Assembly (NCBI GenBank): GCA_000091205.1
Contig: AP006496.2
Strand: one strand, 5' to 3'
Length of the DNA stretch: 64,000 nt
DNA from: Cyanidioschyzon merolae
Lineage: Eukaryota
Both the position numbers and the translations under genes were made by a program. The notes under the pieces are model-generated. The model was not told the origin of the DNA, made no database searches, and saw only the letters and a list, made by a program, of their open reading frames with translations. Positions 52,403 to 62,756 of this stretch are shown one piece after another; positions within the stretch are counted from its first letter, which is position 1, and each line of letters begins with the position of its first letter.

Positions 52403-54031
52403 TCATGTTACGGAAGCGTTCCCTGAAGGCACGCTCCATTGCGCGGACCTGATGAGACCGCGGCTCTCAAGCATAGAGGATAGTGCTCGATGCAGTTCAA
52501 GCTGTTCCTGGAAGCTCAGGTCCGCGATATAGGCAAGTAAGTTTCCCACGTCTGGTGCCGAGACACTAACCGCGTTGAGTCGGTACACAAAAGTGAAAGC
52601 GCCCATGAGAAGCTGGCAGTCCATGCGGTCCGTTACTCCACCATGGCCGGGAATCAGGTCCGCGAAATCCTTCACTCGGAAGGCCCGCTTAACGCCTGAG
52701 GCAAAGAATCCCCCAAATGGCCCCAAAGTCGAGGCAAATGCCGCTAGCACCATCCCATGAATGATGATCGGTTTGATCAACAGAACGTCACGCTTGAGAA
52801 ACGGTCGAGCCCAGCTGGGAACCGCAAAAGGCTGGGGAAGAAACGTCGGCGGGACACTGCAGTGGAGCGGTGGATCCGGCCGAAGGATATCGCAATCGCC
52901 AAAATCAGTCTTGGGACAGACCATGTACTCAAAGCGTGAGAGGTGATGGGTGAGCAGAATACCGGCAACGAAAGTGAAAATGGCGCCCCCGATGTAGCCC
53001 TCCCAGGTTTTTTTCGGCGACAGCGCGGTCAATCGTGTGCGGCCGAAAAAGAACCCCACACAATAGGACATGATATCGTTAGTGATGATCATCAGTGCCG
53101 GCAGCAGAAACCAGATGAGACCCTCTTTGATGTTGAAGATGATGAAGTTCGCCTGCGCAACGACCACTAAAAGCAGCATAAGCATACGAGCGAACTCATT
53201 CAGCTGGTGGCGATAGCATCCCGGGCGGAGTGAGAGCACAAACATCATGAAGCCGATAAGGAAGAGCCAAAACGAGACGAACGTATGGTGCATGAGTAAG
53301 AATACGAGCGGTCGCTTTGTCATGAACGCGAATCTCTTGTCGTAAAAGTGACTCAGCGTGCGTTTCCCGTAAATGAAGTACATCGCACTAAGCAGGAACC
53401 ATGTATTGATCGTCCGAAAGAGCGGAATGCGGCGTTTGCTGGCCTGCAGATATCCAATGGAAAGCACTTCCTTCGCAATGAGTGCTTGCAGCACAAAGAC
53501 CATCAAGGCAACTTTCTGGTGCCCCAGGTAGACAATGCGAGTGAAAATCGTGAGCATGACGAGCGTAAAAACCGCTCTGACTGCAAAAGAGCGCAGTTTC
53601 TGAAGTAACCCGTCGCTTTTCGCGCGGACTTCCCTAAGGCTGTGTCCTCCGCGCAAACCCTGGAGGGCAGTGCTTCCGTCGCCGGTTGCTGTGTCGACTG
53701 GTCGGCTCCGAACGCGCCTCTGCTCCCAGGGGAGCGCCTGTCTGCGGAGGCTGCCAGGAGGCGTGCTTTCGCCAGCTTCCCAAGCGTGTTCAGCAGTACG
53801 TGTGTGCAACTTGCGTGCCGAATAAGGTGTTTCGACTTCCGGCTGGCGCCTGTGCTCGTTCGTTTCGGCGGTGTCGTCCGTGTCCGAGCCGCTCGTCGTG
53901 TCCGGCTCCGTTTCTGAGCAGATGTGCAGACTCTGGTTTACGAAAGCTTTCGGCACCTGGGACAGCTCCTTTCTGCCATTTCGTGTTCGACGAGCTTCCA
54001 TGCCAGCAGCGTCCGGTCCTCCGCTGCGCAT
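52403..54031 (-). CDS. Phosphatidate cytidylyltransferase (CDP-diacylglycerol synthase)
   Basis: CDS signature GHGGVTDRMDCQLLMGAF, plus a multi-TM body. The track ORF starts with TTG at 54067; the first ATG is at 54031. There is a long hydrophilic N-terminal extension. Confidence 0.85.
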   Translation of the reverse strand: MRSGGPDAAGMEARRTRNGRKELSQVPKAFVNQSLHICSETEPDTTSGSDTDDTAETNEHRRQPEVETPYSARKLHTRTAEHAWEAGESTPPGSLRRQALPWEQRRVRSRPVDTATGDGSTALQGLRGGHSLREVRAKSDGLLQKLRSFAVRAVFTLVMLTIFTRIVYLGHQKVALMVFVLQALIAKEVLSIGYLQASKRRIPLFRTINTWFLLSAMYFIYGKRTLSHFYDKRFAFMTKRPLVFLLMHHTFVSFWLFLIGFMMFVLSLRPGCYRHQLNEFARMLMLLLVVVAQANFIIFNIKEGLIWFLLPALMIITNDIMSYCVGFFFGRTRLTALSPKKTWEGYIGGAIFTFVAGILLTHHLSRFEYMVCPKTDFGDCDILRPDPPLHCSVPPTFLPQPFAVPSWARPFLKRDVLLIKPIIIHGMVLAAFASTLGPFGGFFASGVKRAFRVKDFADLIPGHGGVTDRMDCQLLMGAFTFVYRLNAVSVSAPDVGNLLAYIADLSFQEQLELHRALSSMLESRGLIRSAQWSVPSGNASVT

Positions 54032-54948
54032 CTCGTGAGTTCCGTACCAAAAGCAGGCAGCTCCCAAGTGCCCAGTCGCCGTAGGGCGATCAGTCCGCCA
54101 CCTTTGTCAGAGGCCAAGCCGCTGGCTCGTGTTCTCTCGTAGCCAGCGGAGCGCCTACAGCGTTTCCTAGCAGGGCACCGAGCGTCCTGAACGTCTCCGC
54201 AAACTTTCAGAGTTGTGGGAGCTCAGTCTGGTACCTATACAAGTGCTTACGAATGCGTACGGGTGTGCTTCAGCTACGAATGCGCGTGAGAGCAACCGCG
54301 AGTAATGCGCTGCGCTTCCTGGACTGGACAGGAAGCTGCGTTAAGAAGCCGTTTGGGAAAGCGTTATTAAATTTTGCTGTGTTTCAGTATCGTGGAGCTT
54401 TTGAGTTCCACCATTTAATGAAGAGACTTTATGGAGCCGTTTAGGGTACAAGTATCACCAGAACCGGATCAAAAACACACAATAAGGTGTTCGGTACTGG
54501 GAGCTCTACACTGACCACGCGTGGAAAACACATAGCGGGTAGCTGCTCACGGGTTCGGGCGTGTCTCGTTACCCGAATGCTGACATGGCTTGCAACTATT
54601 TTTCAGAGGTGTTGGGGAACCGAACCTAGCGTGTGGGGCTCGCGTGGCTGGCGCTGTCGTGGTGCGCCGCTTCAAGGGCGCTCTGCTTGATGTTCGCTTT
54701 GCGTAACGGGTCCTCTGTCCATAGGTTCGCTCTTCGGTTCGTGGTGCCCTGGGCGAGCGCCGATAGCCGTTAGCGTCGCTAGAGCACGTACGAGTATTAC
54801 TCAGGGAACGTGTATGCAACCGTCAGGGCAACGCTTCGCCGACAAGACTGCTGCTCCCTCAAGGTGTTTGGGCGCCTTCCCGTAGCCGATGCAAATGCTC
54901 CCCGCAGCCGTTCTCCACCGTCATTCTAAACGGATCTGTTTGTGCAGA

Positions 54949-55066
54949 ATATGCAGGCATGCACATTGTCGCATGCTTTTACATGCCTGGAAGATTCACT
55001 TTGAGCTATATATGCAGGCATGCACATTGTCGCATGCTTTCAGCACTGCAAACTCTACATACATGC
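54949..55066. repeat. Direct repeat of about 59 bp, 2 copies
   Basis: atatgcaggcatgcacattgtcgcatgcttt... occurs at 54949 and again at 55008. Confidence 0.75.
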
Positions 55067-55431
55067 ACGAGAGGTTCCTCATCTCGCGGTGCATAGAGGC
55101 GACCGCTTAGCAGTATGCCTTGTGTATATCGATGTCATTATTTTGTGTGTCCGTCAATTGCGGTCCTCTGCCTTACTTGCAACCTCCGAGAGGTTAGCCA
55201 CGAAGAAGTGGTATCGTGCGCATGCACTGCTCAGTTTGGCGTTCCTGGACCTCACCTATTCAAGGATGCATCGTCACAGTCGCGGAAGTATTCGCAGAGG
55301 CGGATAATTTGAGGCACTGTACCCGGCAGCTACTGGGTGTCCAGTAGCGCGGGGTTCCGCCTTCTGTCACAACACTCCAATGGATCGTTGCAATGTCGGA
55401 GGCGTTGGTGCTAGCTCCGTCAGCGTATCGC

Positions 55432-56022
55432 TCAGTGTCTGGGGTATTTCGCTAGTTTTGTTGCCGGAGGGTTATCTCCTGCATCCATCAGAGCACACTG
55501 GATTTCGGGCTGTGGGTCCCTGACTGCATGCATCTCTTGCATGAGAATGAGACGCTCAGCGCGTAGTTCAGCAAGCCGCTGCTCGAGGCTAGCTATGCTA
55601 TCCTGCAGGCGTAGTTCTGAGAGTTCGCTGCCCCCGAAACAGGAGCTTACAACTTTCTTCATTCTCGGAAAATATTCGAGCAGAAGCGCATCCTTCAGTC
55701 GCTCCAACTCCCGACGCTTTTCCCGCAGCATCAGAGCGCTGACCTCGTCAGCACGTTGCTGCCAAGAAGCAGCGTCATCTGCACGTTCGTCTCCATCCGA
55801 GGGTTCTCTACCAGATTGTTCACGAGCAAGTTCCAACTCCGGTACGGTGTCTACGTGCAGGGTGTCGAGTGCAAGCTCTAAGGCACGCGCCACTCTGGGC
55901 AGGAAGCAGAAAGCGCTCAAGATGTCTTCTGTAACCAGCTCACCGCGAGTTTCTAGCCGGGACAGCGCTTCTGCGAGAGCAGCCGGCTGGCTCTGCGACC
56001 ATTGCTGGCTCCCAGCTTCCAT
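55432..56022 (-). CDS. Hypothetical coiled-coil protein (196 aa)
   Basis: ATG verified at 56020-56022. Heptad-like Leu/Glu/Arg-rich segments. No family-specific motif recognised. It is divergent from the Maf gene, with about 210 bp between the ATGs. Confidence 0.35.
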   Translation of the reverse strand: MEAGSQQWSQSQPAALAEALSRLETRGELVTEDILSAFCFLPRVARALELALDTLHVDTVPELELAREQSGREPSDGDERADDAASWQQRADEVSALMLREKRRELERLKDALLLEYFPRMKKVVSSCFGGSELSELRLQDSIASLEQRLAELRAERLILMQEMHAVRDPQPEIQCALMDAGDNPPATKLAKYPRH

Positions 56023-56232
56023 TTACGTATCGATGAAGGCCTCCAAAACGAGGGTCTTGCGTTAGCAGCGAGCTCGAAAGCGTACAAACAAGTACATTCC
56101 ACGTCGACGGAGCGGTAGCGCCAGCATCCCAGTGCTGTTGCAGCTGGCAGTGCCCTTGAGCCGTACGCAGCGAGCTGCAAAGAACCTCCTTTGCACGTTC
56201 TTGGAAAGGTGAGCGACTGTAGGCGCGTGGGC

Positions 56233-56877
56233 ATGATCTTGCATAAACTGGAGTACTTGCGGAAGAAAACTATCTTGCTAGCGAGTCAATCGCCACGAAG
56301 GAGAGAGATCTTGCGTCTACTAGGTTTAGAGCCTGTCGTCGTGCCGTCCGGATTCGATGAGGAGTCTCTTGACAAAGGAGTCTTTGTAACGCCAGCGGCA
56401 TACGCAGAAGAGAACTCCCGACGAAAAGCATTCGCGGTCTTGGAAAAGCTGAAAGACCGGAACGCGTTGAAAGTGGAAACGGAGCCGCTGAAACCGGACT
56501 TTATCGTGAGCAGCGATACGATCGTCGTCCTGGACGGGCATATACTGGAGAAGCCAACGGACGAAGGCGACGCCTTTCGAATGCTCCAGCTTCTATCGGG
56601 ACGCAAGCACTTGGTCATCTCCGCGGTTACAGTGCTGAATGTCATTAACCTAGAGAGCCGTACCTTCCACATGGAAACTGAGGTTGAGTTTGCGGAACTG
56701 ACGCCCGAAGAGACCTGGGCATATATTCGGACTGGGGAACCCATGGACAAGTCCGGCGCCTACGGCATCCAAGGATACGGTGGTGCTCTGGTTCGTCGGA
56801 TCGAAGGCGACTTCTTCTGCGTCATGGGGCTGCCCATGCATGAATTCTGTAAAGTGCTGTCAGAAATGCTGGATTAA
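56233..56877 (+). CDS. Maf-like nucleoside-triphosphate pyrophosphatase
   Basis: LLASQSPRRREILRLLGL, IVSSDTIVVLDGHILEKP and SGAYGIQG are Maf-family motifs. The track ORF starts at 56191; the conserved start is MILHKLEY at about 56233. Confidence 0.8.
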   Translation: MILHKLEYLRKKTILLASQSPRRREILRLLGLEPVVVPSGFDEESLDKGVFVTPAAYAEENSRRKAFAVLEKLKDRNALKVETEPLKPDFIVSSDTIVVLDGHILEKPTDEGDAFRMLQLLSGRKHLVISAVTVLNVINLESRTFHMETEVEFAELTPEETWAYIRTGEPMDKSGAYGIQGYGGALVRRIEGDFFCVMGLPMHEFCKVLSEMLD

Positions 56878-57339
56878 GATGACGGCTCACTAGGATGCAG
56901 TTCTTGAACGTGCTCCGTGCCGCATGCCGCTAGAAGTACGCAACCTGTTTGGGATAGGTTCACGAAGAAGTTATGCTCCCGAAATGTTCGCCTGTGCTGG
57001 CGTCTGTGACTTGTTTTCTCTTGCACAGGCGCTTAGAGTCATAAGTATGTTTGTTTCCGTCTGTAATAAGTCAAATTAGTGCGATTGTGGAAGCTGCCTT
57101 CATTGCAATGCCCTCGACGTGAGAGGCTCCTTGCCGGAGGCTGATTCCGAACGACACGCTGCTTGGTCACGATCCTGGAATACGCAGTGTGTGTAGATGA
57201 TTGCAGGCTCCATTTTCGGCTGTTTCATATATGCGACAGAAGGCGCTGGGCATGACGAGGTCTTGCAATGACCCAAATGGCGCACCTGAACGATCTCCGG
57301 ATTGTAAACCGCTCCTCGGGGCTTCCGTGCTCGCTGCAG

Positions 57340-57730
57340 ATCCATAAAGCGTAACTACAGAGCACTTAGCATCTGTTGCACGAGTAGGAAACTGGATGGA
57401 ATGCTCCACTCCAACCTGCGGCGATGCAGCACAGCAGATCCAGATACAATATTTGCAGGACATTTCGCGTCAAGTGCACAGGTAGGAAACTGAAAAGAGT
57501 GCTCCGCTCCAACCTGCGGCGATACAGCACATCAGATACAGGTAGAGTCTTTGCAAGACATTTCGCGTCAGTTGCACAGTTAGGAACCTGACAAGAGCAC
57601 TCCACTCCAGCGAACCGCAATGCAACACAGCAGATCCAAATAAGTCTTTGCTGGACATTTCGCGTCAAGTACACAGATAGGAACCTGAGAAGAGCGCTAC
57701 GCTCCAGCGTGCTGCACCGCAGCCCGAGCT
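57340..57730. repeat. Tandem repeat, about 96-bp unit x about 4
   Basis: The unit (gacatttcgcgtcaagtgcacaggtaggaaactgaaaagagtgctccgctccaacctgcggcgatacagcacatcagatacaggtagagtctttgcaa) recurs four times at 80-90 percent identity. It lies between the convergent Maf and 57925-59115 genes. Confidence 0.85.
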
Positions 57731-57924
57731 CTATACACGAGATACGCGCTGAAGCGAGGCTCCCGAGCACATCCAGAGCTACTAGCGACTGTCCAGGGCC
57801 CACCGGACGTCGATGCGTCACTAGGATTAGACAGGTCCGCGGGAATTGAACATTTAATCGAAGATCAATGGTTCCGATTTCATCTCGACTTTATGATTGC
57901 CAGGAAGTGGTGCGTTAATCGCGA

Positions 57925-59115
57925 TTACATAAGCGCTTCGGGCTCTTCCAGCTCCATCAGCTTCGCGCACAAGGACGGCACAACCTGTGCAGGCCAGAGA
58001 CCCTCGACGATTCGCTCCCTACCGAGCAGGATCAAGCGTAGGTCGTAACTGTAGGGGCTGCCCGAGGCGCCTAGCCACATCAAACTGCTCTCGAACTCGG
58101 CAACAATTCTGCTGCTTTCTCCGTCAGACGCGTTCCACGAAATTCGCTCCTTACAAAACCCATCCCCCGAATGCACGGGTACACCTTGCGCGGTGGGTTT
58201 CGACGCCACGCCATTCATTATATCGCCCATTTTGTACTGTAGGGCCTGCACCAGCCTCCGAAAATGCCGGAATTCCTCGCGCGAGAGTGCAATCGTCCAA
58301 TGATCATCGCCCACGAGAGCACAGTCAGACGGCGGTGCCGCGGGATCGTGGCCGATCTTGAAACCTGGCCCGCTGAAAACATACTGGGGACGTACGCCTC
58401 GCGGTGCCGAATGATCGCCATCGCGTACTATAAGCGAGCAGCAGCCATTGATATCGCACTCCACGATCATTTGCGCAGGCTCACTTTTCTGGATTGGGAG
58501 CTCCATGGCAGGAGCAGAGTATTCATCGCCTTGCAGTTGCTGCCCCATTTCGTCCAGATTTGGAGTCGACGCTGCTGTGTAGGTTACGCTGTTTGCATAG
58601 TCGTCACCGGCATCGTTCAGGCCCGTCCGAGGAAGCTGGTACCAGCCGGTAGTGTCCTGCTCGGGCTCGACAAACAGCTCCGCATCGGAGACCGCAACTT
58701 TCCTTCCGACTTGCGCGCGAACTGCCTCTTGTCCGGACGCCGCCTTGCCCTCTTCTGGGCGCATCTTTGCCCGCACCTCTTGCAGCAGCTCGTCGAGCTG
58801 TGAGCGCAAATCGTCCAGTGCTTTCATCGCCTGCTTGCGCATCCGCTCCCTTCGTTCGCTGATTGCCCTCAGCTCAGCCTTAAGCTGCTCCTGTGTCTTC
58901 CGCGGCCGCATAGGAAGCACGCTGGGAATATCCGCATGCGACTCGCCTGAATCGCTGGACGGTATCGAAGACGACTCCTGGAGCGTTATCAGCGGTGCCG
59001 TCGCGCCACGGCGTCGCCTGCCGGTGCCCTTAGCATCGACCCTGGAGCTTGATCTCGCTGCCACGGCAACCGAGGGACACAGACTCCAGGCACCGGGATA
59101 CGCAAAACCAATCAT
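57925..59115 (-). CDS. Hypothetical protein, 396 aa (N-terminal coiled coil, Cys-containing C-terminal region)
   Basis: Long ORF. ATG at 59113-59115 (the track start at 59121 is GTG). No recognised domain; it contains ECDINGCCSLIVRDGDHSAP. The real gene status is uncertain. Confidence 0.4.
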   Translation of the reverse strand: MIGFAYPGAWSLCPSVAVAARSSSRVDAKGTGRRRRGATAPLITLQESSSIPSSDSGESHADIPSVLPMRPRKTQEQLKAELRAISERRERMRKQAMKALDDLRSQLDELLQEVRAKMRPEEGKAASGQEAVRAQVGRKVAVSDAELFVEPEQDTTGWYQLPRTGLNDAGDDYANSVTYTAASTPNLDEMGQQLQGDEYSAPAMELPIQKSEPAQMIVECDINGCCSLIVRDGDHSAPRGVRPQYVFSGPGFKIGHDPAAPPSDCALVGDDHWTIALSREEFRHFRRLVQALQYKMGDIMNGVASKPTAQGVPVHSGDGFCKERISWNASDGESSRIVAEFESSLMWLGASGSPYSYDLRLILLGRERIVEGLWPAQVVPSLCAKLMELEEPEALM

Positions 59116-59439
59116 AAGCACAAAAATAAACGCGTATCTCTGCGCAGCTCAGAGAAACTCCAACGGTGTCACCGCTTGCAGCAGCGAATCGAGGAGAGTT
59201 TTCTCGGAATGAACTGCGAACGTGCACCGGGTCGCGACGGTGCTCAGCTGGAAGTCGCCGCCGCCGCCGCCGCCGTGCTGCACATCTGAATGGATTGACG
59301 GGCGATACAGGATGTTGTTGTGGTACAGTCTTTCATCTCCATTGTGTTCCATCCCCGGGGTTCTTGTTATCAAATGCTTTTCGCAGTTTATAGCAGATTC
59401 GGCACAAGTGCGTTCATTTAAAAGAAGTACAAATTCCAA

Positions 59440-61620
59440 AGGAGCGGTACGGACATGGAAGTCTAGGATCCTGGAGGGTCGATGTCGGCGCCTGCTGGAA
59501 AAAGCACGGAATACAATGCCGAGCTCAGAGGACCAAGAGAAGATGAAGAGGCAAAAGCAGGAGGTCCGACGTCAACAGCAATTCGAAAGGCTAGACTGTG
59601 AAGAGATTGTAGTGGAAGCCAGTCTTCATCGACATATCAATGATCCGCACAAGCGAAATATGCAAGAGGCCATCAGAAACCGTATCGCGTCGTACTCTAC
59701 GAGTGTTTGTATCGCTTCTCCAGGAATAATCCGTTTGGTGAGGGAGATGGATCACGACGTGACGGAGATCAAAACAGTCGAGGTTTCGGGGGAATTTTTC
59801 GACAGGACCTTTATTCGTTACCTGATGGTTGGCACAGGGGAAATGTCGAGGAGAAATGAGCGAGTGCAAGCCCCGCACGAAAATCATGCTGAATAACGCT
59901 TCAACGGTACTAGATATAGGGACACTGGCGAATCTACGAATACGGCGTGATGGACAACATCACGAACCTGAAGAGCCATATGACCGTGAACCTCAAACGC
60001 TTCATGATACGCTCCATCTTTGCGTTCTTCCCTGGCCTGTCTCGCAAGCGGACATGGGCCATCATCGATGTCAGCATGAACGATCGTCGGAACGAAGAGG
60101 AGATCGAAATTGTCGGTAAGAAGACGCCACGCAAGAGAAAGAATGAAGCTTCTGTAATCCGCGCGACTATTCATGAGCACCGTGCGGTCTTGGGTCTTGT
60201 AAATCCAACAGAAAAGGTAACAGATACAAAAAAGACGCTATCCCCTCATCCTGCGCTGTTTCGTCCTCCTGAACCGAGAGCTCGAACGCAAGCCCGATAT
60301 GGAGCAGCGTGCGGAAGAAAAAGCAGAGTCGGTGGAACGGAAGGTTTCCCTACTTGGGAAGCGCTTCGGCGTCGTTCTGTTGTGCAACATAAAGTCATGT
60401 TTCATGAGTATCGATTCCAGCGTCCTTTACGGTATTATGAGGGATATGTGTCCGGAGTTCTTTATCAGCAACAAGGAGTTTACAGGTCAAAACCGGGAAA
60501 CTTATTGGAGAAATAGATTCGATTCAAGCGTTTCAACACGAGCAAGAAAAGGGTACGCACGGGGCGATCGAAACCGATGTATTAGCCATGCGTGTGCACT
60601 ATCAGCGCTTAACGGCAGATTGTCCAGTTCCGTCGTCGGCTTCGCCCTCGGCGAAGCACAAAAAGAAGAAGGCGGGCCCTGGAACGTATAATCCCCCGGA
60701 GAACAACTTTGTCGTCGGCGTGGGCCCGGAGAACAAGGATATCATGAGCATCGCTGTGTCCAAGTGTGGGGAGGATGGTATCGACGGCAACTTATGCCAA
60801 AAAGACATGCATCTTTTAAAGCTATCGAGAGCGAAATATTACAGAGATTCTGGGGTATTTAATGCGAGGAAACTAATTGAGATATGGAACTCAGGAGTAA
60901 AGGAGCATCTGGAAGCGATCAGCAATGTAACGCTCCGCGGAGTGTACTTTCGAGTTTTTCCGGAATTCATGGAAACCCAAGCTGCTCATTACGAGGAGCT
61001 GCGGAAAGAGTACACAAAGCCGCGTTGGGCTCGTCAGCGTATGAACCTGTACAGACTGAAGCAGCACGCACTCGCCGACTTCCTTAATCTGTTGACCGCC
61101 CTCAAGGAGGACAAGAGTCAAAGGCTTTTATTGGCACACGGAGCAGGGAACTGGGCGTCCAAAAAAGGGAGCATACGAGCTCTATCGGCACGAGCGGACA
61201 TGGAGTGCGCACTGCGTTTTGTCACAATATCGATACATGAGTTCCGAATAGCGTACGTGCTCGATGGGCTGGAGTGTACACTTCAGAAGGTCGATACGGA
61301 CAGAAGCCAGCCGAGCGTTTCGGAGACAGAAAAGTCCGGAGAGCGGACAGAAGAGCAAATGGAACGGAGGGCACGAGTTCGGGGAATCCTTGCATATTTG
61401 AGTACAGCCAGCGGCAATGCTGGAAAGAGTCGGTGAATCGAGACTTCAACGCCGCCACCAATATCAGGAAATGTGCGGTGCTGGAGAAGAGACCCCAGGA
61501 GCTGACGCGATCCAACTTTGTCGTGCAGCCTATCAGGGTCGAAGTGTACAAGTAGCTGAAGACGATAGCAGCGGGCCAGTCAAAATAGGCCGTAAGGCGC
61601 CTGCGCGTTGGTATGAATTT
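59440..61620 (+). mobile_element. Fanzor/TnpB-like (OrfB-type, RuvC nuclease) element, family 1, copy 2. Frameshifted, and the RuvC-I Asp is lost.
   Basis: Coding pieces are track ORFs 59222.., 59947.., 60299.., 60588.. and 61274... RuvC-I position GVGPENKDIMSIAVSKCGEDGIDGNLCQKDMHLLKLSRAKYY at about 60720. RuvC-II-like RFVTISIHEFRIAYV at about 61200. Cys cluster plus RuvC-III CIFEYSQRQCWKESVNRDFNAATNI at about 61430-61480. The stop is at 61555, followed by a conserved non-coding tail. Confidence 0.75.
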
Positions 61621-62756
61621 ATCCAACACGGCCGAGAGAAAGTTTTCGTTTCACTGAGCGTTTGTGAAAGTTGTGTGGCTTTGTTGACGGGCGCATGGTT
61701 GCTTTCTTGCAAAGTGGCGCGTTTCCGCTCAACGGCAAGCTATGGAGTTGGACGGCGTCTCCTAAAGGGAGGCCTCTTCGCTGCGAGCGGACCCGGAAGC
61801 TGTCGTGGCGTAGAGGCCGTGGCTCCTGGTCGGTGCGGGCGTCGCACTCGGGCGAGACGGACCCACGACTGGTGCAACTTGGTGGAACAGACCGCACAGG
61901 AACCTCAGGCGACCACGAAAGGTTGCTGTGGGAGGCGTTAGAGCGCGACGTGAGCGAAGCTGAAACCGTAGGTAAGCTTCCACAGCCTTTGAGGACAGAG
62001 CTTTTGTCGAAAATAAGGGAATTTGTAGAAGAGGTAGCGCAGCGTCAGTCAGTGCACGATCTGAAAAGTGCGGATTTCGCACTTAAGGATGAGGCCCTAG
62101 CGCCCGACAGTCAGTGGCAGCTCGTTGAACCTAACGAACCGTCGGACGCGGTTCGCTCCACCCAGCCCAGGCGTGCATCGAGTTTTGGGCCGGCTGCTGA
62201 CTGCCTCACACAAAGCCCGCGAGATCGGCTCGCTTCTCAGCCCGGAGGCGCGGACTTTAATCAAAACGGCCAAGAACGCCTTGCAGGCATCAATACCTCA
62301 GGCGTGGACAGCCCTGAGAAAAGGTCAGTGTGTCCGCCCACTGCCGTACACAGAAGGAGCACTGTTTCCGTTCACGCGGAAGAGTGGACTTGGTCAGATG
62401 ATAGCGCGTACGACCCGGTTGATGGAGCGAATGAATACAGACCCGAACAACAACTCAACTCTGATACGCCAAACCCGATACGAGGGAGTGCAAAAGACCC
62501 CTCTGAAAGAGATATCAAAGCCCAGGAGTCCGCGCACCACGCTACCGAGGATCGAGAAATCCTCTCAGAATTGTCGGAAGTCGAGCATGCCAACGACGAT
62601 CGTACCCTGGACACACGCGATGCGTATGGGCGGATGCAGCAGCGCTTGCGCCCAGCGTCACGCACGCAAATGCGCATGGATGTGCCTGGCAACGACACGC
62701 AGCGCGCGCGCGAAGATGCACGAATCGGCCCCGAGCAGCCTGTGTCGCAAGCATCG

